The translations under genes were made by a program, and so were the position numbers. 64,000 nucleotides of DNA from Octopus bimaculoides (taxonomy: Eukaryota): positions 44,276,250-44,340,249 of the forward strand of contig NC_068991.1 in NCBI RefSeq assembly GCF_001194135.2, given 5' to 3'. The stretch's first letter is position 1, and each line of letters opens with the position of its first letter. The notes beneath the pieces were generated by a model. That model ran no database searches, was not told the origin of the DNA, and saw nothing but the letters and a program-made list of their open reading frames with translations. Below, in pieces: positions 1-14,756 of the stretch.

Positions 1-2024
1 TGAAGGACCTCCGAAACTAAAAGAAAGTGAGAAAGAAACTTGTGAGTTATCCTGAGACTATAAACCTGGTCTGAATGCTTACAACATCTATCCAGATGCT
101 AAAGGCACTCAATAGCAAGATAGATAGTGTGATTAAACCAGGCAAAAGTCTTTTTTAATAATTTGATGTGATTTACAAATTTTGATCTCATTTGAAATTA
201 GTCCTCTCGAATAGATAAGTTCTATGTGTTTTATCAAATAAGATAAAAAGTAAAAAGTTTTGAGGTGGTAGTGTTATGATTTGCTTATGGTAATACTTTT
301 ATGTAATTATTCAAATATTACTCAAATTTTTTTTGTGTGACACACTCTTGACATTAGTGCATACTGCTTGATTCCTTTGATATCTATTAACTGACTCAAA
401 TTCTTGTTATTTTTTGACCTTCATGCCTTATCTTAATATGTAACTGTCAAATTTTGCTATCACTGACTCTGGTACCTCATCCATCACATTAAATTTCTGG
501 CATATTTTACTTTATATATGGATTGAAATTTTCTGCAGGGTTTAGATTTAAATATTTGTGTATTGCGTGTACCCACTTCGTTTACATTGCTGATTCAGTA
601 TTGAATTCCCATTCCTTTTATCTTCCTGAATTCATTTTCTTGACGATAGTTACCTTTTCAAATATCAACTATTTAACCAGCATCTTAAATTAAACTTTTT
701 CTTTTTGTCTCTTTGGAAGTCCCTTTCTGGTTTCAAATGCCTGCATGCCTTCCCTTCAGCTGTTACATATCAGAATCTCTTATCTCATAAGGTGTTGCCC
801 AATCAGTAATGGCACTGAGTCAGTAGTTATAAAGAATAATATTATTAATTTGTTGTTCGAGTGATACTATTTTTATTTAACCTCAGTAAAAATAGCCAGA
901 CAATGTTGTTAGTATGAGTATTGCTTACCATTACTGTAGTCAGCTCTTTTCAAATATTTCTGCAGCACAGAGGTAGCTGAGTCAACATGAGCGTTCCATA
1001 TTATGCTTTTGTCTGAATTGAGCTCATACCATACAGACTATTTATGAAGTTGGTCATATGGGTTGTGTAGGTACATTGTTTTGTTGGAATAGATTGTGCA
1101 TATTTTATTATTTTCTTCTCCATTCCAGTGTTCTGGTGGTGGCTGCAGAAATGTGCCACTCCCCTAGATTTAAAGTTGTCAGAAGTTATTTCATGCTTCA
1201 TATTTATCAATTATAACATTTTTTGTCAAATCATTGCACTATAAAAATCAAGAAAAATAGTTACCTTTCAGAAACTATGCTGAAGCATCATCCTAGTTTC
1301 TCCTATGCACACCACTGGAATATTTCATCACCAATTTTTCAGCCTGTTCAAATTTTCATTTTTCTGCCTAATACGTAATATGGTTCGGGTTAATTTGAAA
1401 CAAAACCCTCAAATTCCATAGCCTCTCAAAGTGTATTTCTTTTTATAGTTTAGAAAGGCTGCAGAGGTAGTGTTTATACTTTCATTGGACCTCTGAGAGT
1501 TGTGAGACTGATGTAACTGAAGCTCATTTTGAACATACTTTTGGAAAAAGCATCAATGTGAAGGGAATTCTAGGGGTTCTCAGGAAGAAGGCATAGAATG
1601 TGCTACTATTATTTGTCCTTTTCAACCTACATATACAGTCTTCAAATTTTGATACCAAAGTTAATATTCAAAAATATTGATTCATAGAAATAAAAAATAT
1701 GTACATGTTAATTAAGATCTCGGTTAATAATGGATCATTAATCTCTAATATGTTATTATATGGTGGTAAATCCAGTTGGCATGAACCTGCATGAATGTAT
1801 GTAATTTGTTAAAAAGATCTTTTAGAACAATGTATTTGGAATTAAAAAAAAAAAAATTTTTACAGCTAATTCTTATTTTCATTTTGTTAAGTATAGTTTT
1901 TATGTATTTACTTATATCTATTGTTGAGTGTATGTGTATTTATGTATATTTTGACTTGTATTTATGTATTTTATATTATATTTTATGTGGATATGTATGT
2001 TTCTTTTTTGTGTGTATATATGTT

Positions 2025-2095
<71 letters not shown>

Positions 2096-2269
2096 GTTGA
2101 AATTTATAGAAAAACAAAAGACGAAGACAGGTGTATGAACAACAAGCAAGTGTATTAATTTGATGCTTGGGAAAATGAAAAAGGCTTTTATGTTTGAAGC
2201 CTTCTCTCTACAACAGAAAGGAATAAGAGAAAATAAACAGAGAGAGAATGAAAAAACTAGATTTCAGTG

Positions 2270-2550
2270 GTCCTTCGTGGCAAGTGTGTGTAAATCATGT
2301 GATGACCAGGCTATCAGATATTGTTATACATCACTGGTCACAATGTGATTTTGCTTAGTTTTAGCCTTCATATGACACCACCCTGCTGGTTAGGCTAGCA
2401 GGCCAACATTCCCGCCCTGATTGAAAGGGGGATTGGAGTGACAAGAAATGAAGGGTTTTACTGAAGAACACAATGTGCTGCCCAGTCAGGGAATTGAACC
2501 CACAATTTAACAGTCATGAATGCAACAGCCTAACCACTAGGCAACATGCC
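2270..2550 (-). mobile_element. tRNA-derived SINE, degenerate
   Basis: Reverse complement of 2480-2550 is a tRNA-like head with A box (TTGCCTAGTGG) and B box (GGTTCAATTCC), next to a (CT)n tract. Confidence 0.6.
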
Positions 2551-2662
<112 letters not shown>

Positions 2663-4516
2663 TGCCTCTGTATGTTTTGTTATCTGTATATTTGTATTTA
2701 CAAGTGTCTGATTGTATATGCATGTATCTATTTCTTTTTTTTTTTTTTGGTTTTATATATTTGCATGTTTCATGATTGTGTTTGTGTGTTTTCCTTTCCT
2801 CTCGTTTCTTTTTCTTCATCACATTTAAACCAGTAGCAGTTTCTGATTAACATAACAATATTCCAGATAATTTGGGCAGACGTCACTTTTAAATTATCTT
2901 AATTACATAATTATGGAACCAGTGATGTTTATGCTAATGAAACAGCTGTCGAACATAATTAAATTATGAACTATATGTGAAATTTATGCTTTCCTACTTT
3001 TTTAAAATTCTAAATATGTTAACATCTTTATCAGTTAATGATTAAAAAAAAAAAAAAACCTTTGGCAAGTGGAATGAAGTGTTTGGTTTAAGACATGAGA
3101 TTCTAACTTAATATTTCTTAACTAAAAGTCCAGGCCTTTATTCACTAAGCTATTGTACTTCCAGCAGCAGCTAGCAATAATGGTTTCTTTTTTCATAAAT
3201 AGGCTTGATGTGTGAGATTTGTAGAGAAAAGAAAACGTGATGGTCATGAGGATAATAGTGTTCTATGAGGAAACAAGTTCTCAATGTATACATGATGAGT
3301 AATGAACATTTTCTTTTTTCTAGTTGAATAATTTTTGCATTCTTCATGCATCAAAATTAATTTTGCTGATATTCACCTTAAGGATTGGTCATATTCTTGC
3401 TAGGTTGGGGGAAACTTCCTGTAGGATTATTTATTCAATATCTGTGTAAATGCTCATAAAAAAAGCAGAATCTTTGCAGAAGATAATGTATATTTCCTGA
3501 AGGAAATTTTTTCATTCATATATTTTAGCAGCTGAATAAATTGAATTGAACTTCTACCCACAATATTCCATAAAGACAACAACTTAAATTTTTCTGTAGA
3601 TGTTGTACCCAATGGCTTCTAAGTTAGGCATGATGACAATTTTTGTAGAGAAGAGAGTATACACAGTTTCATTGACCTAGTTCTTGTTTTAAGCCTGGAT
3701 TGACAAAGATGACCACAATAGGATTTCATTTCAGTTGGTAGTTGTGTGTGTATGTGTGTAGATACTGAAATGTAGTTAGTTTGATGCTTTACTGCATTCA
3801 CTAGCCTACTATTATAACATTTCTTAAGTTATTTTTTAAACTCAGAAATTCTAAGCATTTGAATGTTTCTAAATGTAAATGCATTACCAGTTTTGAAAAC
3901 TTATTGAAAACGTTTTAATTAGAATAATTTTCAGTTTTCACCATTTATATGGTTATTATTAACATAGATTTTTTTTACTGATTTGTGAATAAAGATGCAG
4001 CACCACAGGTTGAGGCACAATTTCAGGAATAATGATTGGGTAAACTTCTGTCATATATTACTAGAGCAGTAAGTGCAAGATGAATCAGTAGTAATGCAGT
4101 TTTTGTGTTTATTGTTGCTGCATTAGAAATACAGTTTGTTAGTAACATCTGTTACTTAGATAGGGCTACTTCGAATAATTTTTATTGTAATAAATAAGAA
4201 ACTGGTTATACTGATAGTAATATTTATGATTAGAATTAGGAGTTACTGATATTAGTGGTTAATTAATTGAATGAATAGATATTGTTTTATTTTTACATTT
4301 GTCATTATTGTAAAATATTTGCAGTACCAAAGAAGTGTTCCTTAAAATATTCAAATAAAGATGCATGATAAAATATAAAGTTTTATTTTTAGAGGATATA
4401 TCTGGGTGTGTTTTATTTGTAGGTGCTAATGTATATAAAAAGGAAAGGTGTTTTGATATGAATCATACTTCTGTAAAGATATGATAACTACAAGTAAAGT
4501 AAAATGTGGTACTTCA

Positions 4517-5290
4517 TCATTATCATCTGTTTTCCATGCGGGTATGGGTTGGATGGTTTGACAGGGTTCAGCTAATTGCAGGGCTTGCACTAACCTCCCC
4601 TCAGGTTTAGCATAGTTTCTATGGCTAGATGACTTTCTTAATACTAACCACTTTACTATTTGTTCAGATTGCTTTTTTCATGCCACCAGCGCTAGTGAAG
4701 TTGTCAAATAACTTGCAAGACAGAAAAAGGTTAAATGAAAAGGCCTTGCTACTATATTGAGAGAGAGGTGGTTTTGTGCTGGGTCTCAAAAGCTATAATA
4801 TGATGGAACAAGCACAGATGTCTTGGTGTAGAGGAGACACATGACTACCTCACATTAAATAAGAATGGATGGGAATAGCTGTGATGGAAATGAAGGATGA
4901 TAGTTATGGGGGGTGGATACAGGAAACTCTCAAGGTACAAGATTGTGAGCTATAAGAAAGAATATGAACTGTGAATGGTGGGAAGGAGAGGCTGGACAGT
5001 TTCATAAGTGTGTGAGGGAAGAGTAACAGATAGTTAGAGATGGCTATGAGGGGAACATAGGTGGCTATGAGGAGAACATAGGTGGCTATGAGGGGAATAT
5101 AGTTGTGGATATGAGAGGGTGTTGAGAATGGTAGCAGATATGTGAAGTTTTAAAATAGAGTATAGCAGAGGAGAACAATAACTGAAGGTACAGAAAGATG
5201 ATCATGGAATGGTGTGGTAGGGGAAGAGAGGATAATAAGAATAAAGAAAGGAAGTGGTTGTCGAGGTGGGAGACAACTGGTACTTCACTG
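4517..5290 (-). mobile_element. Non-autonomous RTE-tail element, degenerate
   Basis: Starts catcattatcatctgttttccatgcgggtatgggttggatgg, the same terminus as the 38639 copy. Contains an internal 21-nt x3 repeat. Confidence 0.55.
5041..5100. repeat. 21-nt tandem repeat, about 3 copies (tggctatgaggggaacatagg)
   Basis: Units start at 5041, 5062 and 5083. Confidence 0.95.
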
Positions 5291-6691
5291 GTAGAATATA
5301 TTTAACCCTTGAAATATAGATATGATTACATTATTTGTCTTCAGATTAATTTATGAAGTTCTTTTCTATGAAACCCATTAGAGAAAAGTAAAGTTTGAGT
5401 AGTTATCTAATAAATAATTAACTGCCCAGCATATGATTTGGTTTTAACCGTATTTATTTTAAAGAAAAATATATATTATATTGGAGAAAGCTGCTTATTA
5501 ATTAGGTATGTAACAGTTACTAAAAGAAACAGTTATTAAAAGAAAGCAATTATAGGCTTGACCATCTGGAAATTTTTTTATAAATTCATGTTCCAAGAAA
5601 TTTTCTGTAATTTCGATTTCTGAAGTATATTGAATATTTGAACTACAAGTTTTTCACAAATTTAAATATTCATTGCATTCACAGTGGTGTATTAATTCAT
5701 TGCTGGTGAAATTTTCTGGTTTTGTTTGCAGCAGTCTCTCATTCTCTCTCACCTCTATTTTCATGAATGATAATTTAATATATATGAATTTCAATGTATT
5801 CATTTCAAGTTTTAATTTGCTATTTGCAAAACCCACAATTTGAGGCACAATTTCAAGAATAATATCAGTTTCTTGAGTTTGTTAAATGAATATTTTTGAT
5901 AAAATGAAAATTATTTAATATACCGGTATAATTAAAAAATAAAAAAAAATTCAGAAGTGATTTTGTTGGTATGGCTGTTTAGAATGCTATAAGCCTTACA
6001 ATAATAACTATGTGGTTGCTGCTATTTCCAGCACACTAAATGTAGTTGGGTTGCCTAGACGTTTGTTTAAATTATAGATATATTACAACTACATTAAATT
6101 ACTGGAAGAAATATTTTACTAAGCAAGTAAGAATTTTTATAAATTGAATGCTTTATCAGTTTTGAAAACATTTTAATTAGAATAATTTTCAGTTTTCACC
6201 ATAATAATAGGAAGTCAGGAAGTAAATTTCCCTGAGAACTTCAAGTTCACAAATTCATATATTCGGTACAAGATAGTTTTTAATGATCTTTTACTTATAC
6301 GATTTTTTCATTTCATGTTTATTTCATTGTTTGCAATATCCCCACCGCCTCTCACACATACACAGTCTCTTTAATATAAACACACACACACACACTCCAG
6401 GTTTTATTTCGTTATTACAAAAATATCACATTAGAATTTTGCAATTCAACATAAAATAATCATAAAAATTATTAGGATTGGGAATCAAATGTGAAAATAT
6501 TCTCAAGTGACTAGCAGAAAACTGCTCAGAGGGCAATCTTTCTGCTAGTATATATAAATAAAGCTCTAATCCAATGATTTTTTTTTATTCAAGATTTTTG
6601 TTGGTATTGCAATATAATCAACAGAACTTGTTGAGTTAAATTATATTTAATTAGATATGTTCATGTTTATCTCATTTTTGTTCTATTGCAG

Positions 6692-6740
6692 TTGTTCAGG
6701 GAAGTAAGAATAATGAAAATTCTTGACCATCCTAACATTG
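6692..6740 (+). CDS. MARK: MARK/Par-1 kinase exon (49 nt): LFREVRIMKILDHPNI+G (helix C region)
   Basis: Acceptor ttctattgcag, donor G|gtatgt. Peptide matches the MARK family LFREVRIMKxLxHPNI motif. Phase 0 to 1. The preceding exon was not found in 1-6691. Confidence 0.96.
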
Positions 6741-7484
6741 GTATGTATACCTAGTGTTAAACTTTTTGAAAATTGAATGTGATAAACAAAATTTGTTAAA
6801 AAAGAACTAAAAAGTATGAGAGAATTAACAACTTTTTCTTTTTATTGAAATATCATTGAAAAAGTTTTGATCTAGATTTGAACCAAAATTCTGGACTCAG
6901 TTCACTGAAAGAATGGGAACAATGTTGAAGGATAGATAGAAAGAAGTAGTGGTTGGGTTTTTGATGGGAAGTATCTATTTTTCAGATATTGAAAAAACAT
7001 TTTTGTTGCTTTCTGAGGTCATGAAAATTGAAAAGTACTGGTCAGTTCTGATAACACATTTCTGCAAATATTTCTTGGAGGTTGATTCCCTAAAATGGAA
7101 AATATTTTCTTTTGCTATTTTGAAAAAAGTAGATGTAATTAATGCTTTAACCAAAGTGTAAAATGCTTTAGTTTAATTTAACAAAAAAAAAAAAAANNNN
7201 NNNNNNNNNNNNNNNNNNNNNNNNNNNNNNNNNNNNNNNNNNNNNNNNNNNNNNNNNNNNNNNNNNNNNNNNNNNNNNNNNNNNNNNNNNNNNNNNNNNN
7301 NNNNNNNNNNNNNNNNNNNNNNNNNNNNNNNNNNNNNNNNNNNNNNNNNNNNNNNNNNNNNNNNNNNNNNNNNNNNNNNNNNNNNNNNNNNNNNNNNNNN
7401 NNNNNNNNNNNNNNNNNNNNNNNNNNNNNNNNNNNNNNNNNNNNNNNNNNNNNNNNNNNNNNNNNNNNNNNNNNNNNNNNNNNN

Positions 7485-7515
<31 letters not shown>

Positions 7516-7534
7516 CATACATATACATATATAC

Positions 7535-7681
7535 GACGGGCTTCTTTCAGTTTCCGTCTACCAAATCCACTCACAAGGCTTTGGTCAGCCCAAGGCTACA
7601 GTAGAAGACACTTGCCCAAGGTGCCACACAGTGGGATTGAACCCGGAACCATGTGGTTGGTAAGCAAGCTACTTACCACAC
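7535..7681 (-). mobile_element. CORE-type tRNA-derived SINE, 5' part
   Basis: Near-identical in reverse complement to the copy at 50896. B box GGTTCAATCCC. GGCACCTTGGGCAAGTGTCTT resembles the MIR CORE block GTGACCTTGGGCAAGTCACTT. Confidence 0.85.
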
Positions 7682-8344
7682 CTTTTTATTGATATTCCAT
7701 TTTGAAAATATACAAAAGTGGTTAGTTTTTCGTAGTTTGATATAGTGATGGTCATCAAACTGCACTAAATTACCCTGGAAATCTATGTCTTGCTTAGAAT
7801 TATTGCTAACTTATGAGATTATTGTTTTGAAGCCTCAAGGTTCTCTTAGAACCTTCCTGTCTCATGTCTAATAATTTCTAATGGACCCTTTGTAACATTC
7901 TTAAACTTTGAGATTTATTTTTCCCATCTATAATGTTAGAAAGACAAAATAAAAGAGTAAGGCAAGCTTATTGTACTGAAGGGTAGCTCGATAATGTAAT
8001 TTGCTTTTTATTTACATAATAGAAGGTTCAATGTTGGCATTAAATTTCATAATGGTTTTCATTTCAGTATCTTGCCACCGAATTAGTTTTTTACTTGTCT
8101 TATTTATCCATCTTTCATATAATTGAACCAAAAGATGTTAAATAGAATGTTGTTAATAGTTGGACACAAGCTGAGACTAAGAAAATTGATAACCATTAAA
8201 CTTTTCTACAATTAAACGCAGCTCCTTTATCATAAATGTTTATTAGTGTTTCAGCTAGAATCTTTTTAGATTTAACATGAAATCCCTTTTTCATTTAAAA
8301 ATATTTGGTTCTTATAACATGTTCCCTTTTCTTCTCAATTACAG

Positions 8345-8410
8345 TGAAGCTATTCGAAGTCATTGAAACAGATAAAACACTTTACCTTGTGATGGAATAT
8401 GCCAGTGGCG
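8345..8410 (+). CDS. MARK: MARK/Par-1 exon (66 nt): (V)[21 protein letters not shown]+G (hinge)
   Basis: Acceptor caattacag, donor G|gtaaat. Phase 1 to 1, in frame with flanking exons. Confidence 0.97.
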
Positions 8411-8854
8411 GTAAATAGATTATTACCATTTCCTTGTTTGGTGAAGATGTTTGTAAGATTGAATGTATTTTAAAGTTGATCCTAGCATTCATAGTTTGAT
8501 AATCCTTGAAATTTGAATGTTCCTTGTATAATTGGAAGATAAGTTGCCTTATTTTATTTTTATTAGAAGGGAAAGTGGTAAAAAATAATTTTTAACCTGA
8601 AATAATTTAATTTAGACATTAATGTATGAATTTTCTAATGCGAAAATGCAAAAATCAGATGTTTTGGGAATAATCTCTCACTAAAACTATATGTTTGGAA
8701 GCCAGACACCTAAAGAAACATCTAAAGAGATAGATATAGCAACTGAAGCCAGCTGCCATGCCTATCTCCTTGGTAGATTTCTTTAGTTGAGAAGAGACTG
8801 CAGTTGGAATCCTTCCCTAGGTAAAGACTAATTCGGTCTTTGCTGTCCCACTCA

Positions 8855-9996
8855 AGCAAAGCGCATAGGCTGAGGGATGAAATGCTTGTGACTCTGAGAT
8901 AGCTGCTGATGATATGGAAGGGTTTCTAACATTGAGCTAACAAGGGACCAGAGGATAGTCAGATGGGGGGGGGGGNNNNNNNNNNNNNGGAGAATAGGGG
9001 TGGTGATCAACCAGTTCAAAGCCACAGTTATGCACAGCAGCCACTGAAAGCAAGGACTTGTGTGCTGGAGTATTGTCTTAAGGAAACAAGTTTCCTTTTG
9101 TCAGTTTTCCTAAGCATTTGGTCTTCATAGCCTTTCTTAACTGCCTCTGCAAGCTGGCACAGTACTCTTCATTGATGGTGTAGCCCTTTTGAAGATAATC
9201 AATAAAAACAATTCCTTTCGCATCTCCAAAAATTGAGGCTGCCAGTTTCCCTGCAGAGGAAATGACCTTGGCTTGCTTTGGAGCAGGTGAGGAGGGATGT
9301 ATGGATTGTCACTTTGTCTATGGCTGAAAGTGATGAATCCAACACTCATCCTGGGTTAGGAAATGTTCGAGGAAACCAACTGGATCTGCCTCAAACAATG
9401 TCAGATTTTCCTGTGAAGTGATTAGTTTGGTGTACTTTTGATCAGGTATCAGAAAATGTGGTACCCACCAAGTAGAAACCTCATCATGCACAATTTCATT
9501 GTGCAGAATATTCTCAACTCAGTCATAGGATATGCTAATAGCATTGGCTATTTGATACATATAGTCAATCACTTATCATCCATCATCATGTGATGAACAT
9601 GAATGTTTTTCTCAGTAATGGCAGTTGCAGGATGTCCAGATGTTGGGCCATCGTCAAGACTCTCTGTTAGCCTTCTAAATTCAGTTGCCCACTTTTGCAC
9701 TGATAATAAAACTGGAATGTCATTCCATAATGTAGCAACCATGTCAATATGAATGTCATTGGGGCTAAATGCTTTTTCTGCAGGATCTTGATAACACTAC
9801 AATGCCAAATTTTGTCCATTTTCAAGAGAACTCATTACCAGTTTTGAAGTCTTCTTTGGACAGTGGGCTGTCACTTTATCTGGAAAGAAACAATGCAGTT
9901 ATTAATAAAAAAAGGTTGAAATAATGCATGCAAGATTTTACAGCTCTAGCATTACTCCTTCATAGTCAGCCTATGAACTTTCCAACCCACCCTCAT
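8855..9996 (-). mobile_element. Mariner (DD34D-type) transposon, decayed
   Basis: Minus strand reads DAKGIVFIDYLQKGYTINEEYC...DNTPAHKS...HNCGFELVDH with disruptions. TIR remnants cataggctga (8864-8873) and tcagcctatgaactttccaacccaccctcat (to 9996). Confidence 0.85.
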
Positions 9997-10374
9997 TTAT
10001 GTTTGGAGAAGAAATTGTCATGTTTTTTTTTTTTTATAAGAGTAACAAATAAACCATAAAATATATTAAGGTTTATGGAGGTTTATTTATTTTTAATTTA
10101 GATATCAGTTTGGCAGTCTGTATGAAAACTTAAATGAATGAAGAAGCATTGATGTTGTACATACTGTTGTTTGATACAGAAATGTTTGAACCTGGTAAAA
10201 ACAAATTTCTGGGTTGCAGATTGCCAAAAGAGTTAGCTACTTACCTTCTTCTTGACAAGGGCATTTAGTTGTAAAATACCATCTTGTTCCCATAAATACA
10301 AATTATTAATTCATGAGAAAATTAAGATATGACAACATGGAAGAGCAGTGCAACTATTGTTGCTGGACGTTTGA

Positions 10375-10497
<123 letters not shown>

Positions 10498-11588
10498 TAG
10501 ATCATTTTTGTTTACTATCACTAAATATTTTCTCAATGACAATTTTTTCTCATAATTCTCAACATTCTTCCATGCACAATATTGCAAGTAATGTTAGTTC
10601 TTTGTTAAAATGCAGTAGCATTATTGTATCTTCAATATTGTAGTAATCTTACAAATAAAATATCTCTTCCATCTATCTTCATTTGTTAATAATTAAACTC
10701 CTAGAGCCGAGTCATTTGATATGGTCATTATAAAATACTCAAAATTATTTTTCTTAAACTTTTAAACATAGAACTGTGATTATGTCAGTAATGTTGGCTC
10801 AAGATTTGAAATTGGAGCCTTTTATATTTCAGCTAAAATTTTTAAACATTTTAACTGAATTTTGCAGCAAAACTATTTTATACATTATCTGTAGATATTT
10901 GTGGTGTATTTTTAATATATTAATTTCTTTTTTAGTTTGCATGAATACAAAGCTTTTCATATAGTTACAGTTGTTTATAATTCAATTTGTTTCACTTAAA
11001 TTACCTTTTTATGTGTTATTACTTTTCAAAATTTGATAAATATAAAAGTTTTCTTTGAACTTTTAGCATGCTTTGTATCATCTGAAATATATCTTCAAAC
11101 ATACAGATCTTCCTATTATTTAAAAGAGAATTAAGATTTCAAGAGAAGTTAATTTCTAATGGTGAAATGGAAGCAGACTAAATATTAACAGTTTGTAATT
11201 TGTTGCTAGTGTGTTTATAATGTTGGGGCAATCAAATGTGATGGAGTGTCTAACTCTTACATCAGTATCTAGTTGTAATTCCATTTCAGACAAATGATAA
11301 AATTTTTCTGACAACCTTCTAGTTCATGCTAGTATGAGGGAAGATTATTACAAACTTATAACATTTTTACATCACAATGAAAATGTTCCAAAAAATAAGT
11401 TTTGCTCCTTTTCTTTATTTATATTTTAAACTCGGAAGCAACTATATTTTTCATATCATTGGTTTTGCTCCACATAGATATCTATATTTTGTTTTCTTTT
11501 ATGAATGTAATTTTCAGGAAATTATTTAGAGATTGTGTCTTTTAAATTTCTTAAACTAACAGGTTTTACTTTAATTTTTGTTATATAG

Positions 11589-11645
11589 ATCGTGTCTGCT
11601 GTACAGTATTGTCACCAGAAGCACATTGTACATAGAGATTTAAAA
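11589..11645 (+). CDS. MARK: MARK/Par-1 exon (57 nt): IVSAVQYCHQKHIVHRDLK (catalytic loop)
   Basis: Acceptor ttgttatatag, donor AAA|gtatgt. Contains the HRDLK catalytic motif. Phase 0 to 0. Confidence 0.97.
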
Positions 11646-12028
11646 GTATGTTTTTAAATAATGATTTTACTTTAGATAACTTCCATGAAAAATAAACTGC
11701 AACTTTTATTATATACTTAGTTATTGAAATGTGAATCTTCAAGATATTTAATGTTGCTTAATTTAATTATAATATCTAATTGTAGCTTTAATGTTTTTGT
11801 GTGTTTATGTTAGATTACAAAAGCATTATGTGCTTTGCTTTGGGTATCACCACACACACACACACACACACGCACGCATATATGCGTGTGTAGCAAAATA
11901 GCTGAAATTAAAATTGTCTGATTACAGACTGAGTACAAACACTTCTTCGGTGTTTGTCTTGTGCTGTTTGGCAAAATGCAATATTTGATTTGTCTTAATT
12001 TTATTGAAATGAAAATATGTCACTGCTA

Positions 12029-12450
12029 GTAGGCATGGTTGGCTGGTTAAGAGGTTTACTTCCTGATCATGTGGTTTCAGGTTCAGACCCACTGTGTGGC
12101 TCCTTGGGCAAGTGTCTTCTGCTTCAATCAAAGCCTTATGAATAGATTTGGTAAATGGAATGGAAACTGAAAGAAGCCCATCTTATATGAGTGTCTATGT
12201 ACATGAGTGAGTTTGTGTTTACCTCCTGTTCACTAGTTCATAAACAATAGCTTCGTGATGATGGTGTTCATTTACAGTTCAACATGAAAGCAAGTCTGGG
12301 TTGTTTGGTGGACAGGGAGGTTATTACTTCAATTGGAAACAAGTTAGGTTGGTGACAGGAAGGGAATCCAGCTGTAAAAAAAACTGTCTCCACATACTCT
12401 TATCTGACATGCAAGCATGGAAAAAGTATGATGATGGTGATGTTGATGAC
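12029..12450 (+). mobile_element. CORE-type SINE with RTE-like tail, diverged
   Basis: B box ggttcagaccc, CORE block ccttgggcaagtgtcttct, tail gacaggaagggaatccagctgtaaaa...gcatggaaaa followed by (GAT)n-like repeats. Confidence 0.75.
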
Positions 12451-12729
12451 ACTTCATGAATGAGTATTAGTGAAGTGAAGAGCATCCAGTTGTTAGAATT
12501 TGGAAATGTTTAAATTTACTGTATATACTTACTCAGTTCTAACATTAGATGGTGGTAGATGTAATCAAAATGAGATGAAGTAACTAAATTTTTACATTTA
12601 TTGTCTTATTAAGTATTTAAGTATGATTATCAAGGTACCTTTTCTTTGATATTATTTTATTTCATCTGCTTGTTATTTGTAATTGAAATGACTTTACCTA
12701 ATTTCAGAGATCTTAATTTTATTTTTTAG

Positions 12730-12900
<171 letters not shown>

Positions 12901-13111
12901 TGATTTTGTCTCCTCATATTATTTTATAGAATCTGACAATATTAAACTGGCAATAAGGTGTTGCAATTACAGTTTTCCAATTGTTTGAAGTAAAATGCTA
13001 CTTCAGATTCTTTTATGCTACAACTCTTTAATGAAATAAAGGTGGATGAGTTAGCACAGTACTAAAGGTCAAGTTTGTTGGAGTTCAGTTTTAATGAATC
13101 TCCCTATTGAA

Positions 13112-14022
13112 TACAGGGTCAAAAGACTGAGTGAAAAGTTTTGCAATACTTTGGTAACTTATTTGCTTTATTTGTCAAATTGCAACAGAAGTAGCTTAGC
13201 ATTCAAAGTAGAGGTCATCGTGTTGCATTGTCTGAAGCCACCTTTCTGCCAGTTCTTTGATCCCACACTGATACCAGTTCTTTTCCTTCAAGGCAAAGAA
13301 CTCTTTCACTGAAGTTTCCACCTCCTCTTGATTGCTGAAATATTGTGAGAGCAGGAAGTGAGCTATGGATCAGAACAAGTATTAATCCAAGGGAGCTAGG
13401 TTTAGACTATAAGTTCCTGGTGTTTTTCTGGGTCATTCAAGCAGTATGAAGTCTTACATTGTCTTACTGCAGAAGGGCTCACTTTCTGTTAACCAATGCA
13501 GTTGCAAACATCTACTTGCCCCTGTGTAGTAACTCCAGATGTTTTTGCCGTGGTTGTGAAGATGTTGAATCACACTGGACTGTGAGATGCTGAATTCACC
13601 CGATAGTCTCTGAGTGCTACTCACCAGATTTGCCTCTATAGCTTGGAACAAGGCCTCAGAATCCATGTCCTTGCCTGATCGCTGAGGTTCCTGCAATCCA
13701 AGTGAAATTTCTTGAACTATCTGGTTACTCTACTGTGCTTTCATTTTTCACACAACAAATGTTTTTAGTTGCTTCCACAGTATTATGGCCCAATTCAAAC
13801 GTCTAAAGTATAAGTTCCCGTATTAGACTACGTTGCATGTTCATCTGTGTGGCTTTCAAATTACATGCAGAGTTAAACAATGTGTATGTCAGTGTGCCAA
13901 CTACCACAATACGACCAACCTCAGTGGTTACCTTCCACAGCTTGAACTGCTTTAGTCATTTGAGATACATGTCACAAACTAGCACATCTATAATATTGCA
14001 AAACTTTTGCTTCACCTTTGTA
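13112..14022 (-). mobile_element. Internally deleted mariner element with TIRs
   Basis: Ends tacaggg...aaaagttttgcaatac and attgcaaaacttttgcttcacctttgta are inverted with TA. Minus ORF EPQRSGK...EANLVSSTQRLSGEFSISQSSVIQHLHNHGK resembles the mariner HTH. Confidence 0.75.
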
Positions 14023-14597
14023 AAAGGTAGGATAATATGAAATTTCTCTTACAAAAATTGGCTTTATTACCCAAGACAGAAATCAGTATATTGAAGGTAT
14101 TACTAGAAAGCAGAATAAGTTTATCTGCCAACCAAATATTTCTACTGTGAAGTGAGTGTATGTGAACAAATTCCACTTAACTAATTTAAGCTAGTTAAAC
14201 TATGTCTTATTGTTTCAAGAAATTCGTTTTGACAACAATCTAAAATCTACTTGTGGCTGTTAAAATGCTATTTTGTAATTTTCATGAATATTCATTAGTA
14301 TTATCAGTTCTTATATTGCACATCTTTGTAGTGATGACGGTAAATGTTACCAGGAAGATTCATTTAACTCTGATTAGAATTTAGATATATTGTTACTCTT
14401 TATTTCTTGACTACCTAGCATTAACTCTAATGCTGTTCAATCAATGTTGTCTAAAAAGTAATTATTATGAACAGGAAAACAACACTAATAATGACAAACA
14501 AGGTAGTTTTACTAAATGAGAACCACAAAGTTGTTAATGTCTGAAAAAAATTTTGCTATCTTTTTATTTAAGTAACTTTTTAATTTTTCATTGATAA

Positions 14598-14756
<159 letters not shown>

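Noticed and set aside
5041-5100. 21-nt x3 repeat, and the 40-nt x2 repeat at 60099, as CRISPR-like arrays
   Set aside because: There are no unique spacers, the context is a eukaryotic intron, and they look like simple slippage duplications.
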